A stretch of DNA of 28,021 nt from Candidatus Bathyarchaeum sp. (GCA_026014495.1 JAOZIF010000051.1:1-28021), one strand, 5' to 3'; counted from the first letter of the stretch, positions 18,579-27,611 are shown. Program-made: numbers and translations. Notes: generated from the letters alone by a model not told the origin.

Positions 18579-19756
18579 GTATATTTTTTAGTAACATCGA
18601 GTAGCTTTTTGGCCATATGCTTGTGAGTGTGTTCTTTTAGAACTCTCTGACGTGCTTTTTCACTCATTTTGAACCGAATGTCTTCCGCAGGCAATAACCA
18701 ATTATACGTTTCAATTGCTTCTTTTTCACTATTTACCACGATGACTTCGTCATCCAAACTAAACCACTTGTCCAACCCATTAACAGGACTTGAAACTATG
18801 CAACAGCCGATAGAAGCCAATTCAAAAATACGTGCGGTGGATGAACAAAATACTTCAGCGTGATGTTTTCTGGTGATGTTCAAATTAATTTTACTTCTAC
18901 AACAATATTCTACCCAAGAACTGATTGGCATATTTGTTATTCTCTTTACATCACCAATATCAGTTCTAAACGGTTTTCCACCTACTAAGAAAGAAGAATT
19001 AGTAAGAGTTCTAGAGGGTACTGTGATCATATGATTTATCCAGTTTTCACGAAATTGATCGCCTTGTCCATAAAAAAAGACATCTATATCTTTAATGGCA
19101 GGTACTGGACGAAAAATATCTGGATCGATGCCAAAATGGACAGCATGCACATTGTGGCCACCCATATGTTCCAATTGAGGAATTGCCCCTTCAGAATTGA
19201 GAATAATTGCTGAATATTCACTTAAATCGACATTTGAATACCAATTAAATGCCAAACGTGAAGTAGAAAAACCAGGAATAGAATCTGGTGCATCCATGTC
19301 ATAAAAAATTGACGGTATGCCAAATTCCTTTTGAATAAGGGTAGGGATTCCTTTGATTTGATTTGGAGGGACATTAAAAAAGAGTACAGCATCAACATCA
19401 CATTCCTTTTCTAATACTATTCTCAATGTTTTCAACCATTTGGGTGCAGTGAAAACATTGGCTAAAAGTTGAATAAAACTTTCAGTAAAAGGAGTCCCCA
19501 AATTTTTCTTCTCAGTCTTTGATGGACTACGTGATGTATTTATCCTAAATCTAACAAGTCTGTTTACAAATCGACTTTGGATTTCACAAGGATTATTGTA
19601 ACTTCTCCACCATAAAGATTCAATACTTCTTCCAACATACGGAATGACCACCAAGTCAGTTCCTAGTTCATAAAGACCCTTAAACAACTGCCACCAAGAA
19701 GGGACCGCCTGTCTCAAAGCTAAATCAATTGCTGAGACAACTGCTAATATTTTCAT
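18575..19756 (-). CDS. CgeB-like glycosyltransferase (Glyco_trans_1_2-type)
   Basis: FYDMDAP, VHFGIDPD, DVFFYG, SKINLNITR...STARIFELASIGCCIVS, RVLKEHT. Confidence 0.85.
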   Translation of the reverse strand: MKILAVVSAIDLALRQAVPSWWQLFKGLYELGTDLVVIPYVGRSIESLWWRSYNNPCEIQSRFVNRLVRFRINTSRSPSKTEKKNLGTPFTESFIQLLANVFTAPKWLKTLRIVLEKECDVDAVLFFNVPPNQIKGIPTLIQKEFGIPSIFYDMDAPDSIPGFSTSRLAFNWYSNVDLSEYSAIILNSEGAIPQLEHMGGHNVHAVHFGIDPDIFRPVPAIKDIDVFFYGQGDQFRENWINHMITVPSRTLTNSSFLVGGKPFRTDIGDVKRITNMPISSWVEYCCRSKINLNITRKHHAEVFCSSTARIFELASIGCCIVSSPVNGLDKWFSLDDEVIVVNSEKEAIETYNWLLPAEDIRFKMSEKARQRVLKEHTHKHMAKKLLDVTKKYT

Positions 19757-19777
19757 TTCAATATCCTTTGTGCGATT

Positions 19778-21178
19778 CTAATGTTTCTTTCGTAATAATT
19801 CAGTGAACATAAGCAATCCTTTAATGTTCAATTTCATTTCATCAAAAGACCTAATTTTTTTAATTCGTTTTAGGATATACTGAGGCCTAATATAAAAGGA
19901 CTTATAGGCGGTAATATTCCATTTTTGCAGGGCCTCTTTAGTCAAATCACTAGTCTCAAAAGCAGGAAAATCAATCGCACGCAACTCGGCATAAACATAA
20001 TCATTCCAATTCTTTGACACAAGACCAGATTTACTGGCAATATCAAATAATTCTGTACCTGGAAAAGGTGTAGATACTGAGAACTGTGCAAAGTCTGGGT
20101 TAATTTTTTTGGCTAAGGCTATTGTTTCTTTTATTGTTTCATGAGTCTCGCCAGGTGAACCTATCATAAAATAGGCAACGGTTTGAATCCCTGTTTCGTG
20201 TGTCATTTTAAATGCTTGGGTAATTTGTTTTATCATGATGTCTTTTTTGAGATTGTTTAATATAGTCTGGTTTCCAGACTCTACCCCATACGCGATCAAA
20301 TAGCATCCAGATTTCTTCATTCGCTCAACTAATTCTCGGGTCACCAAGTTTACTCGGGTTTCACAAGTCCAAGGAATATCTATTCCTTTTGCGTCTAAGC
20401 CATCACATATTTTATGAATTCTCTTGGCATCCAGAGTAAATACATCATCATAAAAAGTAATCTCTTTTGCATTGAACTTTTCGATTAAATACTCTATTTC
20501 ATTAACTATATACTCTGGACTATTGGCTCTGTATTTGCGACCAAAAACAGATTTTGAACAATATATGCATCGATATGGACATCCTCTGCTAGTCATAATA
20601 GGTATTGCGGGCGTTCGTTTTCCATGTGGAGGATGCAAAATATACTTATTCATAGGAAGCAGGTTAAACGAGGGAAATGGAAGATAGTCTATATTAGAAA
20701 TGAAGGGTCTTTTTGGATTAATTTGTATTCCTTTCTTCTTGCGGTATGCTATACCTAAAATTTGAGGATTGACACTTTCACCTCTTTCAAAAGTTTTAAC
20801 CAATTCCACAATTGTTTCTTCCCCTTCACCTTGAACCACTATATCGACCTCAGGAACATTCTGTAAGGTTTCTCCAGGAAACAATGTTGCGTGGGGACCT
20901 CCGAGAACAATGACAACTTCAGGTTTTACTTCTTTTATTTGCCTAGCTAAATTTATTGCTGATGTCAAATTAGGAGTCATAGCTGATATGCCAACGAGGT
21001 CTGGATTTTCTACTGAAATGAAGGACGAAACAGAGTTTTTACTCAATTTTAGTGCAGGCAAATCCAAGATTTTAACAGCGTAACCTTTCTTTTCAAGTAC
21101 TGCAGCAATCATCGCAAGTCCCAGTGGTGGTTGCGGATAGTCTGTATCTACAAAAGGATTGATCAAAATGATTTTCAG
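19778..21178 (-). CDS. Cobalamin-binding radical SAM protein (class B methyltransferase-like)
   Basis: N-terminal B12 domain (PPLGLA, VGISAMT, LGGPHAT, GEGEET) plus TSRGCPYRCIYC (CxxxCxxC), DDVF, GVESG, FMIGSPGET, PFPGT. Start moved from the track's TTG 21166 to CTG 21178 (MKIILINP; GGTGA RBS). Confidence 0.93.
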   Translation of the reverse strand: MKIILINPFVDTDYPQPPLGLAMIAAVLEKKGYAVKILDLPALKLSKNSVSSFISVENPDLVGISAMTPNLTSAINLARQIKEVKPEVVIVLGGPHATLFPGETLQNVPEVDIVVQGEGEETIVELVKTFERGESVNPQILGIAYRKKKGIQINPKRPFISNIDYLPFPSFNLLPMNKYILHPPHGKRTPAIPIMTSRGCPYRCIYCSKSVFGRKYRANSPEYIVNEIEYLIEKFNAKEITFYDDVFTLDAKRIHKICDGLDAKGIDIPWTCETRVNLVTRELVERMKKSGCYLIAYGVESGNQTILNNLKKDIMIKQITQAFKMTHETGIQTVAYFMIGSPGETHETIKETIALAKKINPDFAQFSVSTPFPGTELFDIASKSGLVSKNWNDYVYAELRAIDFPAFETSDLTKEALQKWNITAYKSFYIRPQYILKRIKKIRSFDEMKLNIKGLLMFTELLRKKH

Positions 21179-21206
21179 CTTAATTTCACCAAAAATGAGA
21201 AATGCA

Positions 21207-22151
21207 TTAATTAGCTATGGTTGATAGATACCAAGTTATAGTTTTTTGTAGCCCTTTTGTAAAATCAGTTTTTGCTGTGAACCCAAACTCTTTCTTGGCT
21301 TTATTTGTGTCAAGACTTCTCCGTGGTTGTCCATCGGGTTTTGAGGCATCCCATGTAATTTTCCCGTCATATCCAACAAGGTTAGCAATCAACTTAACAA
21401 GCGTCACTATTTCAATTTCCTTACCTGTACCTAGATTAATTGGCTCAGGTTTAGTGTAAGTTTCAGTTGCCAATACAATGCCTTCAGCAGCGTCTTCCAC
21501 ATACAAGAACTCTCTAGACGCACTACCAGTACCCCAAACAACAACCTCATTTTTTTTAGTCAGTTTAGCATCAACCATTTTTTTTATTATCGCAGGGATT
21601 ACATGCGAACTTTCAGCATTAAAATTATCTCTTGGACCATACAAGTTAACAGGTAACAAGTAAATAGCGTTGAAACCATATTGCACTCTATAAGCCTGAG
21701 CTTGAACAAGGAGAACTTTTTTAGCAATACCATAAGGCGCGTTTGTCTCTTCAGGATAACCAGCCCACAAATCCTCCTCTTTGAAAGGAATAAGAGTATA
21801 CTTAGGATAGGCACAAATTGTACCTAACGCTACAAATTTTTGTACACCTTCTTGTCTAGCAGCTTCCATTAACTGAATTCCCATTATTGCATTATCATAA
21901 AATAAAGTTGCAGGAAATTTCTTGTTGAATCCTATACCACCAACTTTAGCCGCCAAATGAATAACAATATCCATGTCCCTAACAACTTCTACACAATTCT
22001 CCCACTTTCTTAAATCCATCGTCTTACTTCTGGGGACACGAATATTTACAGGATTCACATTTCGGTTAGTTATCAAGTTCTCAACTACGAAAGAACCCAA
22101 GAATCCAGCTCCGCCCGTCACTAGTATCTTCTTGTCTGCCCAGAATCCCAT
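21207..22151 (-). CDS. fcl: GDP-L-fucose synthase
   Basis: TGGAGFLG, HLAAKVGGIG, GTICAYP (catalytic Cys), YGIAKK, PVNLYGP, SHVIPA (catalytic His), DGQPRR. Confidence 0.95.
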   Translation of the reverse strand: MGFWADKKILVTGGAGFLGSFVVENLITNRNVNPVNIRVPRSKTMDLRKWENCVEVVRDMDIVIHLAAKVGGIGFNKKFPATLFYDNAIMGIQLMEAARQEGVQKFVALGTICAYPKYTLIPFKEEDLWAGYPEETNAPYGIAKKVLLVQAQAYRVQYGFNAIYLLPVNLYGPRDNFNAESSHVIPAIIKKMVDAKLTKKNEVVVWGTGSASREFLYVEDAAEGIVLATETYTKPEPINLGTGKEIEIVTLVKLIANLVGYDGKITWDASKPDGQPRRSLDTNKAKKEFGFTAKTDFTKGLQKTITWYLSTIAN

Positions 22152-22152
22152 C

Positions 22153-23196
22153 TTAATCTTCCTTCCACCATCTATCAGAGAACTTCTTTTCTAATATTTT
22201 ATCGCCATCTCCAATAGATTCTAAACTCAGCTTGCGCATATCAGCATCTATCATAATTTTAACTAAGTCATTGAAACCTATTCGCGGATTCCAACCTAGC
22301 GTTCTATTTGCAATCTCAGAATCAGCAACTAACAGTTCAACTTCAGTAGGCCTAAAATATTTTGGATCAATTTTGACGTACTTCTCCAATGGAAGATCAA
22401 CATATGAAAAAGCGTTTTCAACAAACTCTCTAACAGAGTGGGCTTCACCAGTTCCTATCACTATGTTCTCAGGTTTGTCAAGTTGTAAGATTTTCCACAT
22501 TGCCCATACATATTCAGGAGCATACCCCCAATCTCGTTTTGCATCAAGATTTCCCAAATAGAGAAATTCTTGGTTCCCCGCTAAAATATTGGCTATTGCA
22601 CGAGTGATTTTCCGTGTAACAAAAGTTTCACCTCTACGAGGAGATTCGTGATTGAACAAAATACCATTACTTGCAAAAGAATTGCAACTTTCTTTATAGT
22701 TAACAGTCATCCAATAAGCATGAAGTTTGGCAATAGCATATGGGCTTCTTGGTCGGAAAGGCGTTTCCTCGTTCTGTGGAGGAGGAGAACTTCCAAACAT
22801 CTCGCTACTAGATGCTTGATAGAATTTTGTATGATTTCCATTTCTTTTTATTGCTTCCAGTATTCGTGTAGTACCTAATGCCGTAACATTGCCCGTGTAT
22901 TCGGGGATGTCAAAACTCACCCTAACATGACTTTGAGCACCTAAGTGATAAATTTCATGGGGCTTGATATTTTGAACTATGTTTGATATTTGTTCAGCAT
23001 CCGAAAGGTCGCCATAATGAAGGAAAAAGCGTGACTTTGGCTCATGGGGGTCCACATAAATATGGTCTATACGAGCAGTATTGAAAGTACTTGCGCGTCT
23101 AATGATACCATGTACTTCATAATTTTTAGAAAGTAAGAGCTCAGTTAAGTAGGAGCCATCTTGTCCTGTTATTCCAGTAATAAGAGCTTTTTTCAT
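22153..23196 (-). CDS. gmd: GDP-mannose 4,6-dehydratase
   Basis: [61 protein letters not shown]; GGTGA RBS. Confidence 0.98.
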   Translation of the reverse strand: MKKALITGITGQDGSYLTELLLSKNYEVHGIIRRASTFNTARIDHIYVDPHEPKSRFFLHYGDLSDAEQISNIVQNIKPHEIYHLGAQSHVRVSFDIPEYTGNVTALGTTRILEAIKRNGNHTKFYQASSSEMFGSSPPPQNEETPFRPRSPYAIAKLHAYWMTVNYKESCNSFASNGILFNHESPRRGETFVTRKITRAIANILAGNQEFLYLGNLDAKRDWGYAPEYVWAMWKILQLDKPENIVIGTGEAHSVREFVENAFSYVDLPLEKYVKIDPKYFRPTEVELLVADSEIANRTLGWNPRIGFNDLVKIMIDADMRKLSLESIGDGDKILEKKFSDRWWKED

Positions 23197-23277
23197 TGTA
23201 TCACCAATTGAGATGCATAGAAGATTGATTGAATATTTGGTTCAACTTTACAGAAGGCCCCTTTCTAAAGACTTAGT

Positions 23278-24225
23278 TTAGTGTCCATTCTTTTGTGTAT
23301 ACCTAGAAATGGCGTAGAGCGTTATTGCTGTGAAAAGTGTGAACATTCCAATAAGGACGAAGGCCACTGAAGCCAAAGCAATATTTGTAACAATTCTCTG
23401 TTCTTGCGCGAATATTTTTAGCATCCATATCCCAAAACTTATTCCAGCACAAAGACAAATCAGTCCAGGTAATCCCAACAAAGTTAATGGTTTTTGTTCA
23501 ACTATCAATTGAACAATTGACATCACTACGCTGGCTCCATGACCAATAGGATTGTGAGTAGAAGTTTTTTCCAGCCCGGCGTATTTGCATTTTGATGAAA
23601 CTTCAATTACACGTAGATTCTGATTTTGGGCCTTCATCAAAATTTCAACACTGGAGCCCATACCATTTTCAAAGAGGCTTAAACCCCCTAAGGCTCTACG
23701 CCCATATACTCGAAAGCCACATTGAACATCATTGAAGTTGCAATTAGTCGCGGCTCCAGTTAATTTCGAAATTATTTGTATTCCTAAACTTCGGTAGCGT
23801 GGTACACCATTTGTTTTCTTGTTTTCATCCAAGAAACGAGAGCCCAACACAATATCTGCTTCATCATCTAATATGGGTCTAATCAATTTTGGAATTTCTT
23901 GTGGGTCATGCTGTCCGTCGCCATCTAAAGTCACTAAAACATCGGCATTCAGTTCTCTTGCAGTTGTGAACAAAGTTTTGATTGCGGCACCATATCCCAT
24001 GTTCTGTTTATGACGAATCACATCGGCACCCATCCGTTCTGCAATGTCTGCGGTCATATCGCTGGAGCCATCGTCACAAACCAGAACAACACAGGCATAT
24101 TTTTGTGCGTCCAAAACAATTTTTGCGATTGTTCTCTCTTCATTAAATGCTGGAATGGCAGCAACAACCAAAGGTTTAGGTTTGTTTAAGTAAATTTGTT
24201 TTTCAATGGGTGGAAACAAAGTCAA
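23278..24225 (-). CDS. Glycosyltransferase family 2, DPM-synthase-like, with two C-terminal TM helices
   Basis: IPAFNEE, VCDDGSSD, NMGYGAA, TLDGDGQHDP, GSRF, DVQCGFR; hydrophobic C-terminus. Confidence 0.92.
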   Translation of the reverse strand: MTLFPPIEKQIYLNKPKPLVVAAIPAFNEERTIAKIVLDAQKYACVVLVCDDGSSDMTADIAERMGADVIRHKQNMGYGAAIKTLFTTARELNADVLVTLDGDGQHDPQEIPKLIRPILDDEADIVLGSRFLDENKKTNGVPRYRSLGIQIISKLTGAATNCNFNDVQCGFRVYGRRALGGLSLFENGMGSSVEILMKAQNQNLRVIEVSSKCKYAGLEKTSTHNPIGHGASVVMSIVQLIVEQKPLTLLGLPGLICLCAGISFGIWMLKIFAQEQRIVTNIALASVAFVLIGMFTLFTAITLYAISRYTQKNGH

Positions 24226-24271
24226 ATAATAACCGACCTAAATCACATATCAGCAAAGCAATTTTGGTGTG

Positions 24272-25822
24272 CTAAAAAATTTGAAAGACTGAGATTCTTT
24301 CGGAATCAAAGACTGAAACCCAATCAGTGGAGTATTGTAGATTGTACCATTCAATATCTTGGTTCCACCAAACAAAATACGCGGATTCGAATCCTTGTTC
24401 AACTGCCAAGTTTGATGCTTCTTCAAGATTATTATCAAATAGAATTGCAGTTTGACTTTGGTCTAGATATAGCATAGTCCAGAACTTGAAGACATCATGG
24501 ACAAGCAACGAAGAGTCGTTTGTCATATGAGTGTTCAACCATTCAAAGGCTTCAATTGTGCCTTCTGTGTCGCAAAGCGGAACTGAACTGCTCTGCATTG
24601 TAGAAGGAACATATTTGAAAGTATTTCCCCACCCGATAACGCCGTACTTGCCGTCGACTAGAGGCCATGACATAAACAAAAGCCCAATTAAAATTGAAGC
24701 CAGTGACAAAACAATTCCTGCTTTTTTAGTGACTTTGAGCCAGCCAAAAAATCGTGAAACACCAAAAGCTTTGCCACACTTTGCTATTTTCCATAGACCA
24801 TTAGCTGCAAAGAAGGCAAAGGGGTAAACGAGCATCAACATCCATCGACCCCACAATAACACAGCAGAGAAGGGAAGAATTAGACAGCTAAAAGAGCAAA
24901 CCATAAGAAGTAAGGTCCAAAAACTGAAAAAACGGTCTTTGAAGTATCCAACTATAACCAAAGGTAATGAAACAATATACAAAAGGATAAACAGTGAACC
25001 CACACTGGATATCAAATCAAAATATGAGGCATACGACTCTATTGGAGTAGAAACACTCAGATAGTCAGTTAAAAAGAACAAACCTGCAGGATGGGCCCAA
25101 ACACTATCACCTAAACTAACCAAGTTATTTTCTAGAGCATTGGGGTAAGGAGAAACAAAAACTATATTTCCACAAAATATTATCAGGGCAGGAATGATTG
25201 ACAAGAAGAGCCTGTAAGGGATCGCTTCTTTACGTAAAATGCTTAGAACCAACAGTCCTACAACTACAGCAAATAGTGACACAGCAGCGAGTTCATGGCC
25301 CCAGACAATCAGCAGACTCAGCAATGACAACCCAGCAGTTCCTTTCCAGCCAATATCATTTCTAAGAAACGGTATGGTGAACAGCAGAATCATAACACCA
25401 AAAACGTTCCTGTAGAAGTGCCAGCCGATGGTTAATGCCGCCAACTGGAGAGCAAAGAAGCCAGATACCAGTAAACTTTTAGTAACATTCCAATTCAACT
25501 TTTTCCAAGCAACAAAAAAGATTGCTGCAGTGGTTCCACCATATAGTAATGGACCAACTATCTTAAGCAGTATGAAAGGGTCCAGTTGGGATAAATTACC
25601 CAAAAAGGCTAATATCCCATAAATTAGCCATGATGAGAAAACGTCACTCCAGTGAGTCCACACTATCCCAGCATTGATTCTTGCGGCATAATATATTGTG
25701 TCCCATCCGATAGGATTAGGAAAGCTTAGCAGTTCAGGAATCAACCTGACCACAAACCCGAGGGTGAAAGCTAACATGAATCCTTTCGTGTAGCTTAGGT
25801 TCTGCAGTTTCAGTGAATACAA
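24272..25822 (-). CDS. Polytopic membrane protein, GT-C-fold-like
   Basis: PIGWDTIYY loop after TM1, more than 10 hydrophobic segments, C-terminal soluble domain beginning EAFEWLNTH; no WWDYG. Start TTG 25822 or CTG 25813. Confidence 0.6.
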   Translation of the reverse strand: MYSLKLQNLSYTKGFMLAFTLGFVVRLIPELLSFPNPIGWDTIYYAARINAGIVWTHWSDVFSSWLIYGILAFLGNLSQLDPFILLKIVGPLLYGGTTAAIFFVAWKKLNWNVTKSLLVSGFFALQLAALTIGWHFYRNVFGVMILLFTIPFLRNDIGWKGTAGLSLLSLLIVWGHELAAVSLFAVVVGLLVLSILRKEAIPYRLFLSIIPALIIFCGNIVFVSPYPNALENNLVSLGDSVWAHPAGLFFLTDYLSVSTPIESYASYFDLISSVGSLFILLYIVSLPLVIVGYFKDRFFSFWTLLLMVCSFSCLILPFSAVLLWGRWMLMLVYPFAFFAANGLWKIAKCGKAFGVSRFFGWLKVTKKAGIVLSLASILIGLLFMSWPLVDGKYGVIGWGNTFKYVPSTMQSSSVPLCDTEGTIEAFEWLNTHMTNDSSLLVHDVFKFWTMLYLDQSQTAILFDNNLEEASNLAVEQGFESAYFVWWNQDIEWYNLQYSTDWVSVFDSERISVFQIF

Positions 25823-27066
25823 TTAAATTCACAGTTTGTGGTTTTTCCAGTCTTGTTTGTCTTTTCCCATTTTCTTGGGCGTCTAAATAATATTTGGAGC
25901 AGCGCGTAGGTTGCCACAAAGTTTTGGATGAACCAGTAACAGTAAATCAATGGTATCCAAATAATGTTTGATATTTTTCTAGGTTTTTCAGAAAATATCA
26001 TAGCGGCTGCTGCCAAAGCTAAAAGAATGAACGTAAACAGGGTAGTTATGTTAGCCAATGAAATGAAAGTAATATCGGGGTTCATCGGAATGAAAACTGA
26101 AGAAAAAGTGGCAAAATAACCGAGCAAACAGGAAATTAAAACAAAGGGTCCCGCTAAAGTAATTTCTGCATCAAGGGATTCTTTGCAGGGTCTTTTAAGC
26201 AGGCTTCCATATCTGAAACTTACTTCCATTGTTCCTCTGAACCATCTTGTTCGTTGTTTGAAGAATCCAGAGACTGTAGCAGGATATTCCTGCCAAGATT
26301 TTACATCTGAGGCATACCGTATTTTGTGACCGTTTTTGGTCAGCCTAGCTGCTAATTCCATATCTTCAGAAAGAACTTTAGCATCCCAGCCTCCAAGATC
26401 ATTAAGAACAGTCTTTCTTACAAAATAGCAACTTCCAGTTAATGGAACAAAGAGTCCAAGGACGTCTTTGCCTCTCATGTAGGCTTCACATCTAAACGAT
26501 TCTTCTTGGGCTACAAATTTAGTCAGAAGATTTTCATCTTCGTTAACTGCGATTAGTCTCCCTTGTACAGCAGCTACAGAAGAGTCTTCGAAGTAAGTTG
26601 CTGCCTTCAAAAGAAAGCCGGATTCAGGGATGTTATCTGCGTCAAAAACAGCAACAATTTCTCCATTGATGTGTTTGAAAGCAGTCTGTAGAGCCGAGGG
26701 CTTGCCATCTGAAAAAGAGCGTCTCAAAAGTTTTACTTGAGTTGGGTGTTCCTGTGCAAATTTAGTGCAGATTTCAGCAGTTTTGTCTAGACTGCCATCT
26801 TCGACAATGATGATTTCTTTCTTGTCTTCAGGATAATCTGCCTTCGCAAGTGTGTTGAGAAGCCGTCCTACAACCTTCTCCTCATCTTTTACAGGAACAA
26901 TAATTGACATTGAGGGCAAAGATTTCTTCCCACGAGTATGAGTCTTCTTTTTATTTTTGCCGGAACGGAGGTGTTTGACCCCGGCAACAACAATAGGTAT
27001 GTTATACAATGTCCAAACGTAAAGAAGAGAAATAGCAAGTATAGCTAACAGGTAGAAAGGATTCAT
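25810..27066 (-). CDS. Glycosyltransferase family 2, cellulose-synthase-like catalytic signature
   Basis: IIVPVKDE, VEDGS, GKPSAL, FDAD, SEDMEL, KQRTRW (D,D,D,QxxRW); one N-terminal and several C-terminal TM helices. Confidence 0.93.
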   Translation of the reverse strand: MNPFYLLAILAISLLYVWTLYNIPIVVAGVKHLRSGKNKKKTHTRGKKSLPSMSIIVPVKDEEKVVGRLLNTLAKADYPEDKKEIIIVEDGSLDKTAEICTKFAQEHPTQVKLLRRSFSDGKPSALQTAFKHINGEIVAVFDADNIPESGFLLKAATYFEDSSVAAVQGRLIAVNEDENLLTKFVAQEESFRCEAYMRGKDVLGLFVPLTGSCYFVRKTVLNDLGGWDAKVLSEDMELAARLTKNGHKIRYASDVKSWQEYPATVSGFFKQRTRWFRGTMEVSFRYGSLLKRPCKESLDAEITLAGPFVLISCLLGYFATFSSVFIPMNPDITFISLANITTLFTFILLALAAAAMIFSEKPRKISNIIWIPLIYCYWFIQNFVATYALLQILFRRPRKWEKTNKTGKTTNCEFNCIH

Positions 27067-27100
27067 ATCTTACAATACTCTTTGTAAACCTTATCAGATA

Positions 27101-27496
27101 TTAAGCTTTAAAAGCTAATAAGTTGTTTACAGTCAAATATTGGATGAAGGCATAATCAGTTGCCCAAAACTTAGCTACAGTGTTGCCCCAAGATTCCCCT
27201 ATACGAGCAACATATTCAGCCATGCTTCGGCCCTCGGTTCTCATGAGGCGATGTACCATGCTCTCCATGGCTCCATGCAGTTTACGTACTAGTTGGGAAA
27301 CAATTTTGGCTAAGAGAAAACTGTGAACTTTTTCGACAACCCGCATCGTCAAATCTAGAAGCTTTCGCTCATTATGCTTCAAGTCTCTGAACCAACAACC
27401 TCTTCGCACAGCCTTCAGCTTCAACTTAGTCAAAGCTTCCCTAGTGAGAGGAAATGATTTAGTACCATTACTTGATTTTTCTGATTTGGCACTCAA
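27101..27496 (-). CDS. Basic helical hypothetical protein (131 aa)
   Basis: Intact protein-like ORF filling the gap between abrB copy 2 and the GT2; its TTG start lies 29 nt inside abrB. No family recognised; start uncertain. Confidence 0.7.
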   Translation of the reverse strand: MSAKSEKSSNGTKSFPLTREALTKLKLKAVRRGCWFRDLKHNERKLLDLTMRVVEKVHSFLLAKIVSQLVRKLHGAMESMVHRLMRTEGRSMAEYVARIGESWGNTVAKFWATDYAFIQYLTVNNLLAFKA

Positions 27497-27611
27497 CCAG
27501 ATCGCCCTCCTTCAGATTGTAAGCGTCCCTGAGTTCTTTTGGAACGGTAACCCTTCCTTCATGTCGCATATAGACCGTGAAAGTGATTCCCGTTTTGTTG
27601 TCGTTTGACAT
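27468..27611 (-). CDS. AbrB/MazE/SpoVT-family DNA-binding protein, copy 2 (47 aa; not in the ORF track)
   Basis: Hand translation MSNDNKTGITFTVYMRHEGRVTVPKELRDAYNLKEGDLVECQIRKIK; GGGGGT RBS; 36/47 aa identical to copy 1. Confidence 0.92.
   Translation of the reverse strand: MSNDNKTGITFTVYMRHEGRVTVPKELRDAYNLKEGDLVECQIRKIK

Noticed and set aside
24272-25822. Oligosaccharyltransferase AglB
   Set aside because: Lacks the WWDYG and DK/MI motifs and is shorter than typical AglB.
1191-25919. Numerous track ORFs antisense to or nested in the long genes (e.g. 3145..3522, 5902..6357, 10682..11014, 17222..17536, 22232..22561)
   Set aside because: Shadow ORFs fully overlapping well-supported genes, with no recognisable motifs.
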